64,000 nt of DNA from Mobula hypostoma (lineage: Eukaryota): assembly GCF_963921235.1 (NCBI RefSeq), contig NC_086097.1, positions 71,426,001-71,490,000 of the forward strand, given 5' to 3'. The notes under the pieces are model-generated. The model had not been told where the DNA came from. It worked only from the letters and a program-made list of their open reading frames with translations, and did not search any database. Below, one piece after another: positions 50,822 through 63,384 of this stretch. Both the position numbers and the translations under genes were made by a program. Numbering within the stretch: the first letter of the stretch is position 1; the number at the start of each line of letters is the position of its first letter.

Positions 50822-51640
50822 TAGAACATAAAAAGTACAGCTGTGAACAGCCAATTGGCCCACAATGTTGTACCAATCTTGATTCCAGTTTGTACTAAAT
50901 ATCCATATCCCTCCATTCCCTTCATATTCACATGTCTATGTAAAAGTCTCTTAAACTTCACCGAACTGCTTGGTTTCACTACCGCCCCGGTAAATTATTC
51001 CAGGGATATACCACTCTGTGTAAAATTATTTGTCCCAACCTCCCAAGTAACCTTTAATTTTTTCTCTTCTAGCCTTAAGAGCATATCCTCTTGTGTTTGA
51101 CATTTCTACTCTGGGGAAAATGTCTGGCTGCCTACCCTATCTATGCCTCTCATAATTTAAAAAACCTCTATCAGGTGTCCCCTTAGCATCTGACACTCTA
51201 AGGAGAGTATCCTAAGTTTGTCCAACCTCATCTTCTAATTCATACCCTGCAGTCCAGGGAGCATCGTAGTAAACTCTACCTCACCCTCTCTGCAGTCTCC
51301 CTAGCCTTCCTAGATTGGATCAAACAGAACTGTAGGTGCAGTTTGATTAAAGTTTTATATAACTGCAGCATGACTTCTTTATTTTGATACTCAACAGCCT
51401 TACCAGTTAAAGCAAGCCTGCCATGTGCCTTCCCTACCACCTTACCCAATAACATAGTTACTTTCAATGAACTGTGGACTTGGCCACAAAGGTCTCTCTG
51501 TATCGCAGTGCTATGAAAGATCTAGCAAGAACCGTGTAGATTTTTCTTTTTATTTGACCTTCTCAAAGTGCAGCACCTCACACTAGCCCAGGTTAACCCC
51601 AACCTATCACATCGCTGTCCAAATCTGTAACTGATCTTTA
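50822..51640 (-). mobile_element. Decayed CR1 3' fragment
   Basis: EYQNKEVMLQLYKTLIK motif and a CR1-type 3' UTR. Confidence 0.7.
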
Positions 51641-53589
51641 TCCCACTTGCAACCCAGGTTAATTAAACCCAAAGATGTAATGTTAGAAAGCTCCACCTGT
51701 GGAGGGATGAAAACAGGGTTTACCAAACTTTAAAAAAACTTGAGGAAAAAAAGCTATGCAAGAACAAGGCGTGGCTGATGCAGAGAGGGAAAGCAAGAGA
51801 AATGCAGCAAACTATTCTAAACTAAAGATATAAAACTCTTAAAAGTGGAATGAGTAGTGAGTATCTGTATCCTACTTACTTGAAACCCTCAGGGTGAAGC
51901 CCCTAGAGGAGAGATGATTGTGATAAAAGATCTATTGAAGCTATGGCTATAACAAGCAGCAGCTGTAACGAGGCAGTATCAGCAGAGATGAATGTCCAAG
52001 ATCTCAACCATGTAATTGGGAACTAGTTCTGTCAAATCACACCAAGGAATTTGGTCAGGTGTTTTTTTTTGTAAATATTGTCCGAAGCGACCTTCCATGG
52101 ATGATCAACTATTTCATCCAACGAAACTAGAAACAAGATGGCGAGCCACCCAAGATGAAGCATAGCGCGGGAATGAAATGTTTCTTGACATAAAGGATTT
52201 AATACAGCTGGATGTATAAGTTTAGTTTCATTGAAAGTATCTGAATTTGATTTTCTGTAAGAACTGATTATTTTTGCAAAGACTTTGAGAAGTTACTGAA
52301 TGAGATTTACTTTGTTTAGAAGTTGTGATGTTGGAGAATTGTCATGAGAGGAGTTCAGCTGTATTGATATGTAATTTTTGAATTGAATTTCAATTTGTAA
52401 ACATACTGAATAAATTGAAACTGAAATTAACTTAAGAATAGGAATTCGATTAGTTTTCTAACTAACTAGGCATAAATAAAAAGGAAAGTTTAGTCTGTAA
52501 ACATTTAAAAAGGGAATAAAACTATATCAAACTAGTTGGAGAAATTGGAGTAACAAAGTTTATTCTAATGAATATCGCTGATTCTAAGTAAACAGGAATT
52601 AGTTTTTTGCTGATATCTGAGATTTGGAACCTGAACAGAATGTTGGAATTCTAAGTTATTCTTACTCATGTAAATATTTTGTTTACCTTTCTTTTTTTAT
52701 ATAAACAAATCTTACCTCCAGGAGTGTGTGCTTTCTATTCATTGCCTCCTTCCGATATTTAAGCTTTTGATGGCCTACTAGCACCTAGTGTAATACTATG
52801 TAATTTGACTTATTGCATGTACTTCAAACAGCATTCAAGAATTCAAGATTCGAGATTGCTTAAAGTCATTTCCAGTATGCAAGTGTAAAGGAGAAGAAAA
52901 TAATTGTCCTCTGTTGGTTGGGGTCAACCACGCATATTGCATCCCAGCTGTCTATGTGATACACAAGCCAGGGCAGTACGATATGGAGAGCAAGCTGTTG
53001 CCCATGTAGCAGGCTCACGCAGCCGAATAATCCAAAGAAACGGCAGAGCTGATACAGTTTGGCACTAGCCGCATCACAGGAGTTGCCAGGCAACTTTGAA
53101 CTCAACGTCGGACTGCCTTAGGACTTCAGTTCCGGAGTTTTCCTCAGGGTTTACTCCCAAAGCCTTCTCCATGAGTGGGTGTATCTGTAAGGCAGTGGAG
53201 GTGCCTACCACAACTGATGAGCCCCATCTGCCCGAAGTGACTGGTTTTAAGGCACCAGTAACCAACCTTTGAGCCTTCTCCTGTCAGTAAAAATGATTCT
53301 GTTGGGCTTGGTTGCTAAGCCACGTGTGAAGGCCTTAGGAGTTGGACTTGCTTATCAGAGGCTATTAGAGATGTACGCCAGTGGGAGCATTTAATAGGTA
53401 GTTGGAGCTTATTCCCACTAACACACCTGGCTATAACAACCTTGAGGCAGCAAATCCAACCTGATGCAGCACAAAAAAAAAACCACAATAAGATAAAGAT
53501 CACAATAGGAAAAAAAATACAATAAATATACATAGCCTATATAAATAGATTGGTTGTATGTCCATAAAGTGATGCTAGGCATAGGAGTA

Positions 53590-55240
53590 TGTTTTGCATC
53601 TGTATTTACTTCGAAGATGGACACAGAGTCTATAGAAGTGAGGCAGTGTGGTCATGGACCATATATAGATTAGAGGGGAGGAGGTGTTTGCTGCCTTGAG
53701 GCAAATTAGGGTGGATAAATCCACAAGGCCTGACAGGGTGCTCCCTTGGACCAAGTGGAAGGCTAGTGCAGAAGTTGCAGGGACCCTAGCAGAGATGTTT
53801 AAAACATCCTTGTCACAGGTGAAGTGCTGGAGGACTGGAGGACGACTAATGTTCCATTGTTTAAGAAAGGCTCTAAGAATAAGTCAGGAAATTATAGGCC
53901 AGAGAGCCTGACATCAGAAATGGGAAAGTTATTGAAAGGTGTTCTAAGGGACCAGATATATAAGCATTTGGATAGACAGGGTCTGATTGGGGATAGTCAA
54001 CATGGCTTTTTGTGTGGTAGGTCTCGTCTAATCAAGCATATAGAGTTTTTTGACGAAGTTGTCATGAAAATTGATGATGGCAGGGTGTTTGAGGTTGATT
54101 AAGAAGGTTCAGTCACTTGGCATTCAAGATGAGGTAGTAAATTGGATTAGACATTGGCTTCGCAGGAGAAACCAGAGAGTGGTAGGAGATAGTTGGCTCT
54201 CTGACTGGAGGCCTGTGACTAGTGGCGTACCACAGCAATCGATGCTGGGGTCTAAGCAACACTCACAACACGCTGGAGGAACTCAGCAGGTCAGGCAGCA
54301 TCTGTGGAAACGATCAGTCAATGTTTCAGGCCGGAGTATTTTGTGTTTACGATGCTGGGTCTGTTGTTGATTGTCATCTACTGCAAACCAACGATCTGGA
54401 TGGTAATGTGGCAAACTGGATCAGCAAGGTTGTGGACGACACTAAGATCTGGCATGCAGTGGACAGTGAGGAAGACCATCACAGCTTGTAGCGGGATCTG
54501 GATCAGCTGTAAAAATGGGCTGAAAAATGATAGATGGAATTTAATGCAGTCAAGTGGGAATTATTCCTTGAAAGTAGTGTCATAAATAGACAGGGTCAAA
54601 AAGAAAGCTTTTGGCATATCGGCCTTCATACAGTAAGTCAATGTATTGAGTACAGGAGTCTAGATTTTATGTTGAAATTGTAGAAGACATTGGTGATGCC
54701 TTATGTGAAGTATTGTGTCCAGTTTTGGTCACATACCTACAGGAAAGATGTAAGTAAGATTGAAAGAGTGCAGAGAAAATTTACAAGCATGTTGCTGGGA
54801 CTTGAGGATATGAGTTATAAAGAAAGATTCAGTAGGTTTGGACTTCATTCCCTGGATTGTAGAAGACTGATAGGAGATTTGATACAAAATTATGAGGAGT
54901 ATCGATAGGTTAAATGCAAGCAGGTTTTTTACACTGAGGATGGATGAGATTAGAAGTAGAGGTCACATTTTAAGGGTGAAAGGTGAAATGTTTAAGGGGA
55001 ACATGAGGGGGATCTTCTTCATTCAGAGTGTGATGAGAGTGTGGAATGAGCTTCCAATGGTGGATGCACGCTCAATTTCATGCTCAGTTAAGAGAAATTT
55101 GGATAGGTATGTGCATGGGAGGGATACGGAGAGCTGTCGTCCAGGTGTAGGTCGATGGGATTAGGCAGATTAATGGTTTGGCATGGAATGGATGGGCCGA
55201 TTGGCCTGTTTCTGTGCTGTAGTGTTATATGACTCTATAA
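53590..55240 (+). mobile_element. Decayed CR1 RT with a small PLE-repeat insertion (~54255-54335)
   Basis: GNYRPESLTS, QHGF, VTSGVPQ, KVVDDTK and KYCVQFWS motifs. Confidence 0.85.
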
Positions 55241-55474
55241 GTATTTGTACTTAAGTAAGGGTTATAAGTAAGTGACTCTGATAGGAAATGACAAAGTAAT
55301 GGTGGTGGGGGTGCAGGGATGGGTTCATGAGTGGAGGTTTTGATCAACCTTACTGCCTGAGGAAAGTAACTGTTTTTTTGTCTGGTGGTCCTGACATGGA
55401 TGCTACGTAGCCTCTTCCCTGATCAAAGTGGGATGAACAGTCTATGATATTTAAGCTGTTTTAATAATTATGAA

Positions 55475-55643
55475 TTGTGGCACGTGGCCAAATGGTTAGG
55501 GTGTTGGACTAGCGATCTGAAGGTTGTGGGTTAGGCGTCCTATTCGGGTGGGGGGGGGGGTGTAGTCTTATACTCTCAGTTGCTTTACGCCATGGAAACC
55601 GGCATAAGCACCAGCCTGATGGGCCACAAGGCTCATGACAGAC
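55475..55643 (+). mobile_element. tRNA-derived SINE
   Basis: 15-bp TSD TTTAATAATTATGAA at 55460-55474 and 55644-55658. Head reads GTGGCCAAATGGTTAGGGTGTTGGACT...AGGTTGTGGGTT. Confidence 0.8.
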
Positions 55644-57479
55644 TTTAATAATTATGAACTTTGAAGTTGCAGACAATTTGTAGGGGCCTTTACTGGTAGG
55701 TTTTCAAACACCAACAAATTTGAAAGATTAACTTTCAAATAATATGCAAGGGTCTGCATTCAGTTCACATTTACCAAGGCAAGCGAACCACAGAAGTAAA
55801 AAAAAACTCACTTCAAGAAGGCTTGTTAACTGCTTAGTCTGTTAAGCTTCAGTTACCATGGTAGCCAGTGTTGAAAACTCTACAGATTGGTATAAAAAAT
55901 CATGTCGACAATTGCTCTGTCACAGCATGGAGGCAGACCTGTTCAAAAGCAGCACACCATGAGCTTTTCTTCCCAGTTTGCACTACCCCATGCAGTCTAA
56001 TAATATCCATTTACTGGCTGCAGATTGATCTAGTGTAGAAACTTGTAACTAGTCATGTTCCAGCATTCCCCCCACCCCCAAGATGGGCATTGCAAGAAAT
56101 TGTCAATGAGGCACTTTATTAAGCAATTCCCAATTACATAAGAATGTTTTTATAATTAAACACAACTACTTTGTTTTTAATATCATGATGCTGAAATTAA
56201 AAAAGCTACCATCTAAATGTATCCTTTAAAATAGTGATGATGATACAGGGTTATGGGCAAAATGGTAACAAACATATTTTAAATTATGTCGAAATAAATG
56301 ATAACTTAAGCAGCTTAGGGGAGGCATGCAGTTTTTAGTGCAGTGTACTATTTTGTGGATGCGACTCAACGCAAAGTTGTGAGTATTTGTGTCAAGAATT
56401 GGGTCTTCAATTGGTTACAAAATTTTAAAAGCAAAACTATGAGAGTAAACTTGCAAGCATAACCTCCCATGATAGCAGGATACTTCAATGCAATTTCAGA
56501 TTCCAACCAGAGTTAATGTGTAAAGTATGGGCCCAGAGTGACGAGGGATGCAGAAGGGAATGTTTCACTTCTCTGACAGACATCACAGTATTTGAGTTGG
56601 ATACCAAACAAATTATCAAAAAAAATTCCACCCAATTTCTAGCCCACTCTCAGCTCTTCTCCATGATTGAAAGACAAATAACACTTACTTACAACATGGA
56701 GTGATTAGGTTCATTGCAGATGTTTCAACTACAGCTGGATCCTTCCAACATCAGCTCAAGTTAGCCTAATTTCCAACTGAGTCGACTCTCAAACACACAT
56801 TAATTCCTAGACACAAGAGCTTCTGCAGACGCTGGAAATCTCCCATTAATTCTTGCTATGTGCATGCATTGATGTTACATTTGCAATGTCAGTCCTGTAT
56901 TACATGAAAATAATATGTTACTGCTGCACTCCCAGCAGTTACCTAAAGACACGTGATGGGAACAAATATGCACGAGGCATTTTCAGACTGTGCACTTGGT
57001 ACAAATGTGACAAATATGCCCCATGATATATTTCAAGCTGAAAACCTATTTAACTAAACTTTTAACAGAACATGTTCAAAACGTATCTCAACCATCTACA
57101 AAATAATTAATTTTACAAAGATAATTTTCATTATTGCCTTCGGATTCACTGATGAAGGATCTTGGCTCGAAACATCAACTCTTTACTCCTTTCTATAGAT
57201 GCTGCCTGACCTGCTGAATTCCCCCAACATTCTGTGTGTGTTACTGCAGATTTTCAGCATCTGCAGAATCTCTGTTTTTGAACTCATATCTGGTTTAACT
57301 ACTCCCCCTCCCCCACGATTTCAAAAAATGCTCATGTCAAGTGGATGAGCCTTAGAAACAGGGGAATTTTTAAGCAAGCAACTCCAAAGGCAGCCCCAAT
57401 ATTGTCCTCATATACTGTATAAACAATCTGGAGTTGTGACCTTGACCAATATCATTGTTCCTAATCAGGGGTCACTAGA

Positions 57480-58150
57480 GTCAGTGATAATACTCCTCCC
57501 ATAGATTGACAGAAATAAACAAATCCAAAAATAGATTTTATTGCAGCCATACTCAATAAATCCAATAACCATAATGGAATCAGTGAAAAACCAGATGGAC
57601 AAACAACAACCAGTGCACAAAACAGGACAAGCAGTACAAATGTAAAAGAAAAAAGAAGAAATAATAATAAATAAGCAATAAATATTGGGAACATGAGATG
57701 AAGAGTCCTTGAAAGTCCGTAGGTTGTGGAAACAATTTAATGATGGATCAAGTGAAGTTGATTGCAGTTGTCCCATCTGGTTCAAGAGCCTGACGGTTGA
57801 GAGGTAATATCTGTTCCTGAACCTTGTGGTGTGTGTCCTGAAGCTACTGTACCTTCTTCCTGATAGCAGCAGTGAGAAGAGAGTGTGACCTGGGTTGTGG
57901 GGGTCCCTGATAATGGATGCTGCTTTCCCGCAATAACGTTCCATGTAGATGTACTCAATGGTGGACTTTACCTGTGATGGACTGGGCTGCATCCACTGCT
58001 TTTTGTAGCATTTTTCGTTCAAGGGCATTGTTGTTTCCATACCATGCTGTGATGCAGCCAGTCAATATAGTCAGCTTCCTATTTGCTATTTGCTAATTCA
58101 TCCACACCTTTGATATGGCCAATGTCAGTGTTGTCAGCAAACTTCATTGG
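57480..58150 (-). mobile_element. Rex1/Babar-like 3' fragment
   Basis: KAASIIRDPHNPGHTLFSLLLSGRRYSS..TTRFRN motif. Confidence 0.75.
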
Positions 58151-58263
58151 AGTAATGCTTAGCCACACAGACATAAGAATAAGCATCATTGCTGTAGTTA
58201 TCTTTTTAATTCTTTATTTTAGAACACTGCAGCTTTCTAAAAGAATTGCTATATCTTTTACAA

Positions 58264-60150
58264 GCACGAGAAAACCTGTAAATGCTGGAAATCCAAAGCA
58301 ACACACACAAAATGCTGAAGGAACTCAGCAGGCCAGGACCAGTGACCAGTGACCAATGTTTCAGGGCACAACCCTTCATCAGGACTGGAAAAGAAGGGGA
58401 GAAGTCAGAGTAAGAAGGTGGAGGGAGGGGAGAAAGAACTACAAGGTGGTAGGTGAGAGGTGAAACCGTGAGAATAGGAAGGGTGAAGTAAAGGGCTGGG
58501 AAGTTGACTGGTGAAAGAGATAAAGGGCTGGAGAATAGGGAATCTGATATGAGAGGACAGAAAACCATGGAAGAAAAGGAAGGGGGAGGAGCACCTGAGG
58601 GAGGTGATGGGCAGACAAAAAGAGAAGGTATGAGGGGGAAACAGGAATGGGGAATGGTGAAAGTGGGGGAGGGAATTAGCAGAAATCAAGAAATGGATGT
58701 TCATGTCAAAATGTTGGAGGCTGCCCAGTTGAAATATAAGGTGTTCTCCTCCAAACTGAGTATGGTCTCATCCTGGCAGTAGAGGAGACTATGGGCTGAT
58801 GTATCAAAATGGGAATGGAAATGAGATTGGGACGTAAAATTAAAATGGGTGGCCACAGGGAAATCCCGCTTTTCTGTGGCAGCTGGAGCAAAGCTCCTCG
58901 GTGAAGCAGTCTCCCAATCTACATAAAGTCTCAGTGATATACAGGAGTCCATGCCGGGATCACTGGATACAGTTGATGACTCCAACAGACTCATAGGTAA
59001 AGTGTCGCTTCACTTGAAAGGACAGTCTGGGGCCCTGAATGGTCGTGAGGGAGGAGGTGTAGGGACAGGTGTGGTGCTTGTTCTGCTTGCAAGGATATGT
59101 GCCAGGAGGAAGATCACTGGGGAGGGACGAGTGGACAAGGGAATCATGTAAGGAGTGGACCCTGTGGAAAGTGGGATGGGGGAATAGGGAAGTTGTGCTT
59201 GCTGGTGGGATCCTGTTGGGAATGGTGGAAGTAAAGGAGAATTATACGCTGGATGCAAAGGCTTGTGGGGTGGTAGGTGAGGACAAGAGGAACCCTATCC
59301 CTGGTCTGGCGGCAGAAGGATGGGGTGAGGGTAAATGTGTGTGAAATAGAATTGATGCATTTGATGACAGTGCTGATGGTGGAGGAAGGGAAGCTCCTTT
59401 CTTTGAAGACGGAGAGCATCACAGTTGCTCTGGAATGAAAAGCCTCATCCTTAGAGAAGATGCGTTGAAGATGGAGGAACTAAGAAAAGGGAATGGCATT
59501 TTTACAAGTGACAGGGTAGGAAGAGGTATAGCCGATACCTGTGAGAATCAGTGGATTTAGAAAAGATATCAGTAGATAGCCTGTCTCCAGAGATGGAGAC
59601 AGAAAACTCAAGAAAGGGGAGAGAGGTATCAGAAATGGACCAAGTAAATTTGAGGCAAAGTTGATGAAATTGACGAACTACAGGAAGCCACACCAATGTC
59701 ATCATCAATGTAGCGTAGGAAGAGTTGAGGAGTGATGCTGGTGTAGGCTTGGAACACGGACTGTTTCACATAGCTGATGAAAAGGCACGCATAGCTGGAC
59801 CAATATGAGTACCCATGGCTACACCTTGGGTTTGAAGGTAGTGAGAGGAGCCAAAGGAGAAATTGTTGAGGGTGAGGACAGAAGAGAGTGATGGTGAAGG
59901 GGAACTGGTTGGGTTGGTTATCCTTGAGGCCCTCCTGATGGGTATAGAAGTCCATAGGTATTATTAAGGTTCATAGTGCAAATGAGACAACTGGGGCCGA
60001 GGAACTTAAAGTCATTGAAACGATGACAAGCATGTGAAGTGTCTCAGATGTAGGTAGGAAGGGACTGAGCTGGGGGGATAAAACAGAGTCAATGTATGCA
60101 GACAGAAGTTCTGTGCGGTAGGAGCAGGCAAAAACAATGGGTCTACCTGT
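58264..60150 (-). mobile_element. Older decayed Penelope-like element (RT plus GIY-YIG plus hammerhead repeat)
   Basis: GRPIV, QLFLRYIDD, LPFLE, RVPLVLTYHP and PVATHFN motifs. Hammerhead variant at 58351-58386 (CUGAUGA AGGG-UUGUG-CCCU GAAA). Confidence 0.85.
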
Positions 60151-61650
60151 ATATCTTTTACTTAGTTTCAACATCTCTAGCAGAGTAGTGTTAATGGACA
60201 TAGAACATATAGTTCAGTAGAATCCCTTCAGCCCACGCTGTTGTACCAATCTGTATAAACCTACTCAGTGATCAATCTAACTCTTCCTTCCTACATAGTC
60301 TTCTTTAGTCTCCACCATTCACAGCGCTCCTATAACAGTGAAATTTAAAAAATTATCTACAGAATATGGGTATTGGTGACAGGGCTTGCATTTAATATCC
60401 ATCCTTATTCATCCAGGAGATGATGGCAGTATGTTTCTTGGGCTATGGTAATCCACAGTGAAGATGGTACCCTTGATACAATTGTTTCATTGGGTGTTAG
60501 TAGGTTTCTCCATTCCTTCAGCCACAAAGAATAGCAAACCGCTGATCAAAGCTGATACTTCTCAAACAGAAGATGCACAAAATGCAAAATACATTCCTGT
60601 TAAGGTCCCAACAGGATGCTCCATAGAATAGGGTTTTATATTTAAGGCCGCATTTAACTATTTGAAAGAAAGGCATATGATAAAACTCGGGCTCAATCAA
60701 TGAAGTAAACAATGTAGTGCGTAAAAATGCACTGAAAAGTGTTTAACCAAGTTAGGAAGGACCACAGGATTTTATGAGAAGATTTATCAGATAAAGTAAA
60801 TGAAAATAATGAGTTGTAGAAACATAAATAAACAGCATAAACATCTGTGACAAACCTGTGACTTATTGACATTGCAGAATGTGAAATAAATATGTTCAGC
60901 CATTCTGAGAAGTGTTTGTGAAAATGTGGAAGTAGAAATGGAGAATTTAAAAAATAGAATTAACATTAGAAAACAAGATGCTATTGGAAAAAAACATTTT
61001 GGTTATCTAGATCCCAGGACTAATATAGTCTACACACAGTTTGTTAAAGGAGGGAGATTTTATACAGCATAACTCAACCTTTATAAGAAATAAAAATTTG
61101 CTGGAGGGTTAGACTACATTCAGTGTAACTTTATTGTTTGGGAAAGGAGCAAAAAATTCTGTTGATTAGTCAATATGTATTGTACGCACACTTTTAAACT
61201 ATAAGGAAATTACCAAGCAAGCAATTACTTCAATTTGCCCAAAAAGCTAAGTCATAGGTGAAATGAATATGCGAAACTAAATGAATTTTTGTAGATATAA
61301 CCGGTTGAATTGATATTTGTCTTATGAAGACTTCCAGAAGATATTCAATCATCTGTCCTGTTGAAGGCTTTTCTATTCATTCAACAGAGAATTTTAGAAT
61401 ATATTGGATGAAAAACTAGAACCGTGCATCAAGCTCAACCCAACCCAGGCTTTGGCCTTTGTTGGTATGATCACTGTAACCGAACTAACTTTAATACATT
61501 CCGGAGACTGTTCAACTGTTTCCAAATGTCTCTGATAAACAGAAGAAATGTTTTAAAATAATTTTCTTTAAAAACACATTACATGGATATAAATTAGGAA
61601 CATTAGTATTAAGTACAACAAAGAAAAATGAACAAACAGGCAATAATTAC

Positions 61651-61809
61651 CATTCATAGTGGATAAGCCTTTCAAATGAATATGGATGTGCCAAAAGATT
61701 TTGAAAGACCAGAATCAAAATGCTAAATCCAATCAGAACAGGAGGACAATGCCCTTCCAATGCATCCTGCTCTTCCATGATGCTATGCATTCTCCTTGGA
61801 ACTTCCAAA
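61651..61809 (-). CDS. Candidate internal coding exon of an unidentified host gene (LEVPRRMHSIMEEQDALEGHCPPVLIGFSILILVFQNLLAHPYSFERLIHYE)
   Basis: Strong acceptor ttaccttttctttaaccattactgctatcctgttgcttctcag, then 159 nt open in only one frame, then donor ATG|gtaatt. Phase 2/2. Confidence 0.6.
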
Positions 61810-62119
61810 CTGAGAAGCAACAGGATAGCAGTAATGGTTAAAGAAAAGGTAAATAGCATGTTTCCCAAGATCAATGATGAATCCTCTTTTTGCTCATATT
61901 CTTGAAATGTGGACATAATTTCATAATTTGATGTTTCAAAATTAAATTGCAAAATAAAAACAAGTATAGTTATGGAAGACACAAGAAAATATAACAAATT
62001 GTTAGGCAAGTGACAATAGCTTTTCAGTGTGGTAGAGTGAAAGACGGGGTATTTAAGGAACACACATCAAAGTTGCTGGTGAACGCAGCAGGCCAGGCAG
62101 CATCTCTAGGAAGAGGTAC

Positions 62120-62155
62120 AGTCGACGTTTCAGGCCGAGACCCTTCGTCAGGACT
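62120..62155 (-). ncRNA. Minimal hammerhead ribozyme
   Basis: AGUC CUGACGA AGGGUCUCGGCCU GAAA CGUC GACU. Confidence 0.82.
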
Positions 62156-62964
62156 ATCTGAAGGAAGAGTGAGTAAGAGATTTGAAAGTTGAAGGGGGAG
62201 GGGGCAATCCAAAATGATAGGAGAAGACCAGAGGGGGAGAGATGGAGCCAAGAGCTGGACAGGTACTTGGCAAAAGGGATACGACAGGATCATGGGACAG
62301 GAGGTCCAGGAAGAAAGACGGGGGGGGGGGAACCCAGAGGATGGGCAAGAGATATATTCAGAGGGACAGAGGGAGAAGAAGGAGAGTGAGAGAAAGAATG
62401 TGTGTATAAAAGTAAGTAACAGATGGGGTACGAGGGGGAGGTGGGGCATTAGCGGAAGTTAGAGAAGTCGATGTTCATGCCATGAGGTTGGAGGGCTCCA
62501 GCTTCCTCTCACCCCAACCCTCCCCTCTCCATTGACACCCCCAGCCTTCCCCCTCCCCCCTCTGATCCCAGCTCTCATCCGTGCCAGGTCTTTACCATCC
62601 CCACTGACCTTCAACTGTTGGAGGCAGAATGCTCTGTCCTCAGTAAGGGCCTCACCTTTGTCCCCCTTCGCCCACACCTCAGCGAGTTCTGCATTCGCCA
62701 TGATGCGGAACTCTTCTTCCGCCGTCTCCGTCTCCGAGCCTACTTCTTCTCTGTCCCTCTGAATATAGCCCTTGCCCATCCTCTGGGTTCCCCTCCCCCC
62801 CGTCTTTCTTCCCGGACCTCTGTCCCATGATCCTCTCGTATCCCATTTGCCAATCACCTGTCCAGCTCTTGGCTCCATCCCTCCCCCTCCTGTCTTCTCC
62901 TATCATTTTGGATCGCCCCCTCCCCCTCCAACTTTCAAATCTCTTACTCACTCTTCCTTTAGTT

Positions 62965-63000
62965 AGTCCTGATGAAGGGTCTCGGCCTGAAACGTCGACT
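62965..63000 (+). ncRNA. Minimal hammerhead ribozyme
   Basis: AGUC CUGAUGA AGGGUCUCGGCCU GAAA CGUC GACU. Confidence 0.82.
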
Positions 63001-63384
63001 GCACCTCTTCCTAGAGATGCTGCCTGGCCTGCTGCATTCACCAGCAACTTTGATGTGTGTTGCTTGAATTTCCAGCATCTGCAGAATTCCTGTTGTTTGT
63101 GTATTTAAGGAAAGTGGCTTCCTGACAATGCCTTTAAACTGGCCCACCCATAATTGTGTAATTGTTATATATGCTATTAACCATGGCCAACATTGCTTTG
63201 TCATAACTCCTTCATGTATCTCTATATTAATATACTTCGACAGTCCTTGTGTAGACTGTCAAAAACCCAGAGTTTGTTATTGATCTACCGATTCGACAGT
63301 TAATGAATTCTTGCCCACTGCACAATGAGAAGGAAGCAACATCTAATGTATGCAATTTCCATCTACATGGTGGCTATGTATTTA

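Larger units (their letters stand above)
62061..63100. mobile_element. Inverted-repeat Penelope-like insertion with an internally deleted ORF
   Basis: 12-bp TSD GTATTTAAGGAA at 62049-62060 and 63101-63112. The ~310-bp inverted arms flank a + strand N-terminal PLE ORF piece (ECSVLSKGLTFVP..FFRRLRLRAYF, 62618-62745). Confidence 0.92.

Noticed and set aside
53213..53245. Hammerhead at CTGATGAGCCCC...GAAG
   Set aside because: There is no GAAA, no convincing stem II and no UH site.
55475..55540. tRNA gene
   Set aside because: The cloverleaf is incomplete and it is flanked by a TSD, so it is a SINE head.
60518..60712. Exon following 61651
   Set aside because: After the plausible acceptor (ttaacag), all three frames hit stops within about 80 nt.
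61647..62063. 138-aa membrane protein ORF
   Set aside because: The hydrophobic N-terminal part is read-through of T-rich intron and polypyrimidine tract. Only 61651-61809 has exon signals.
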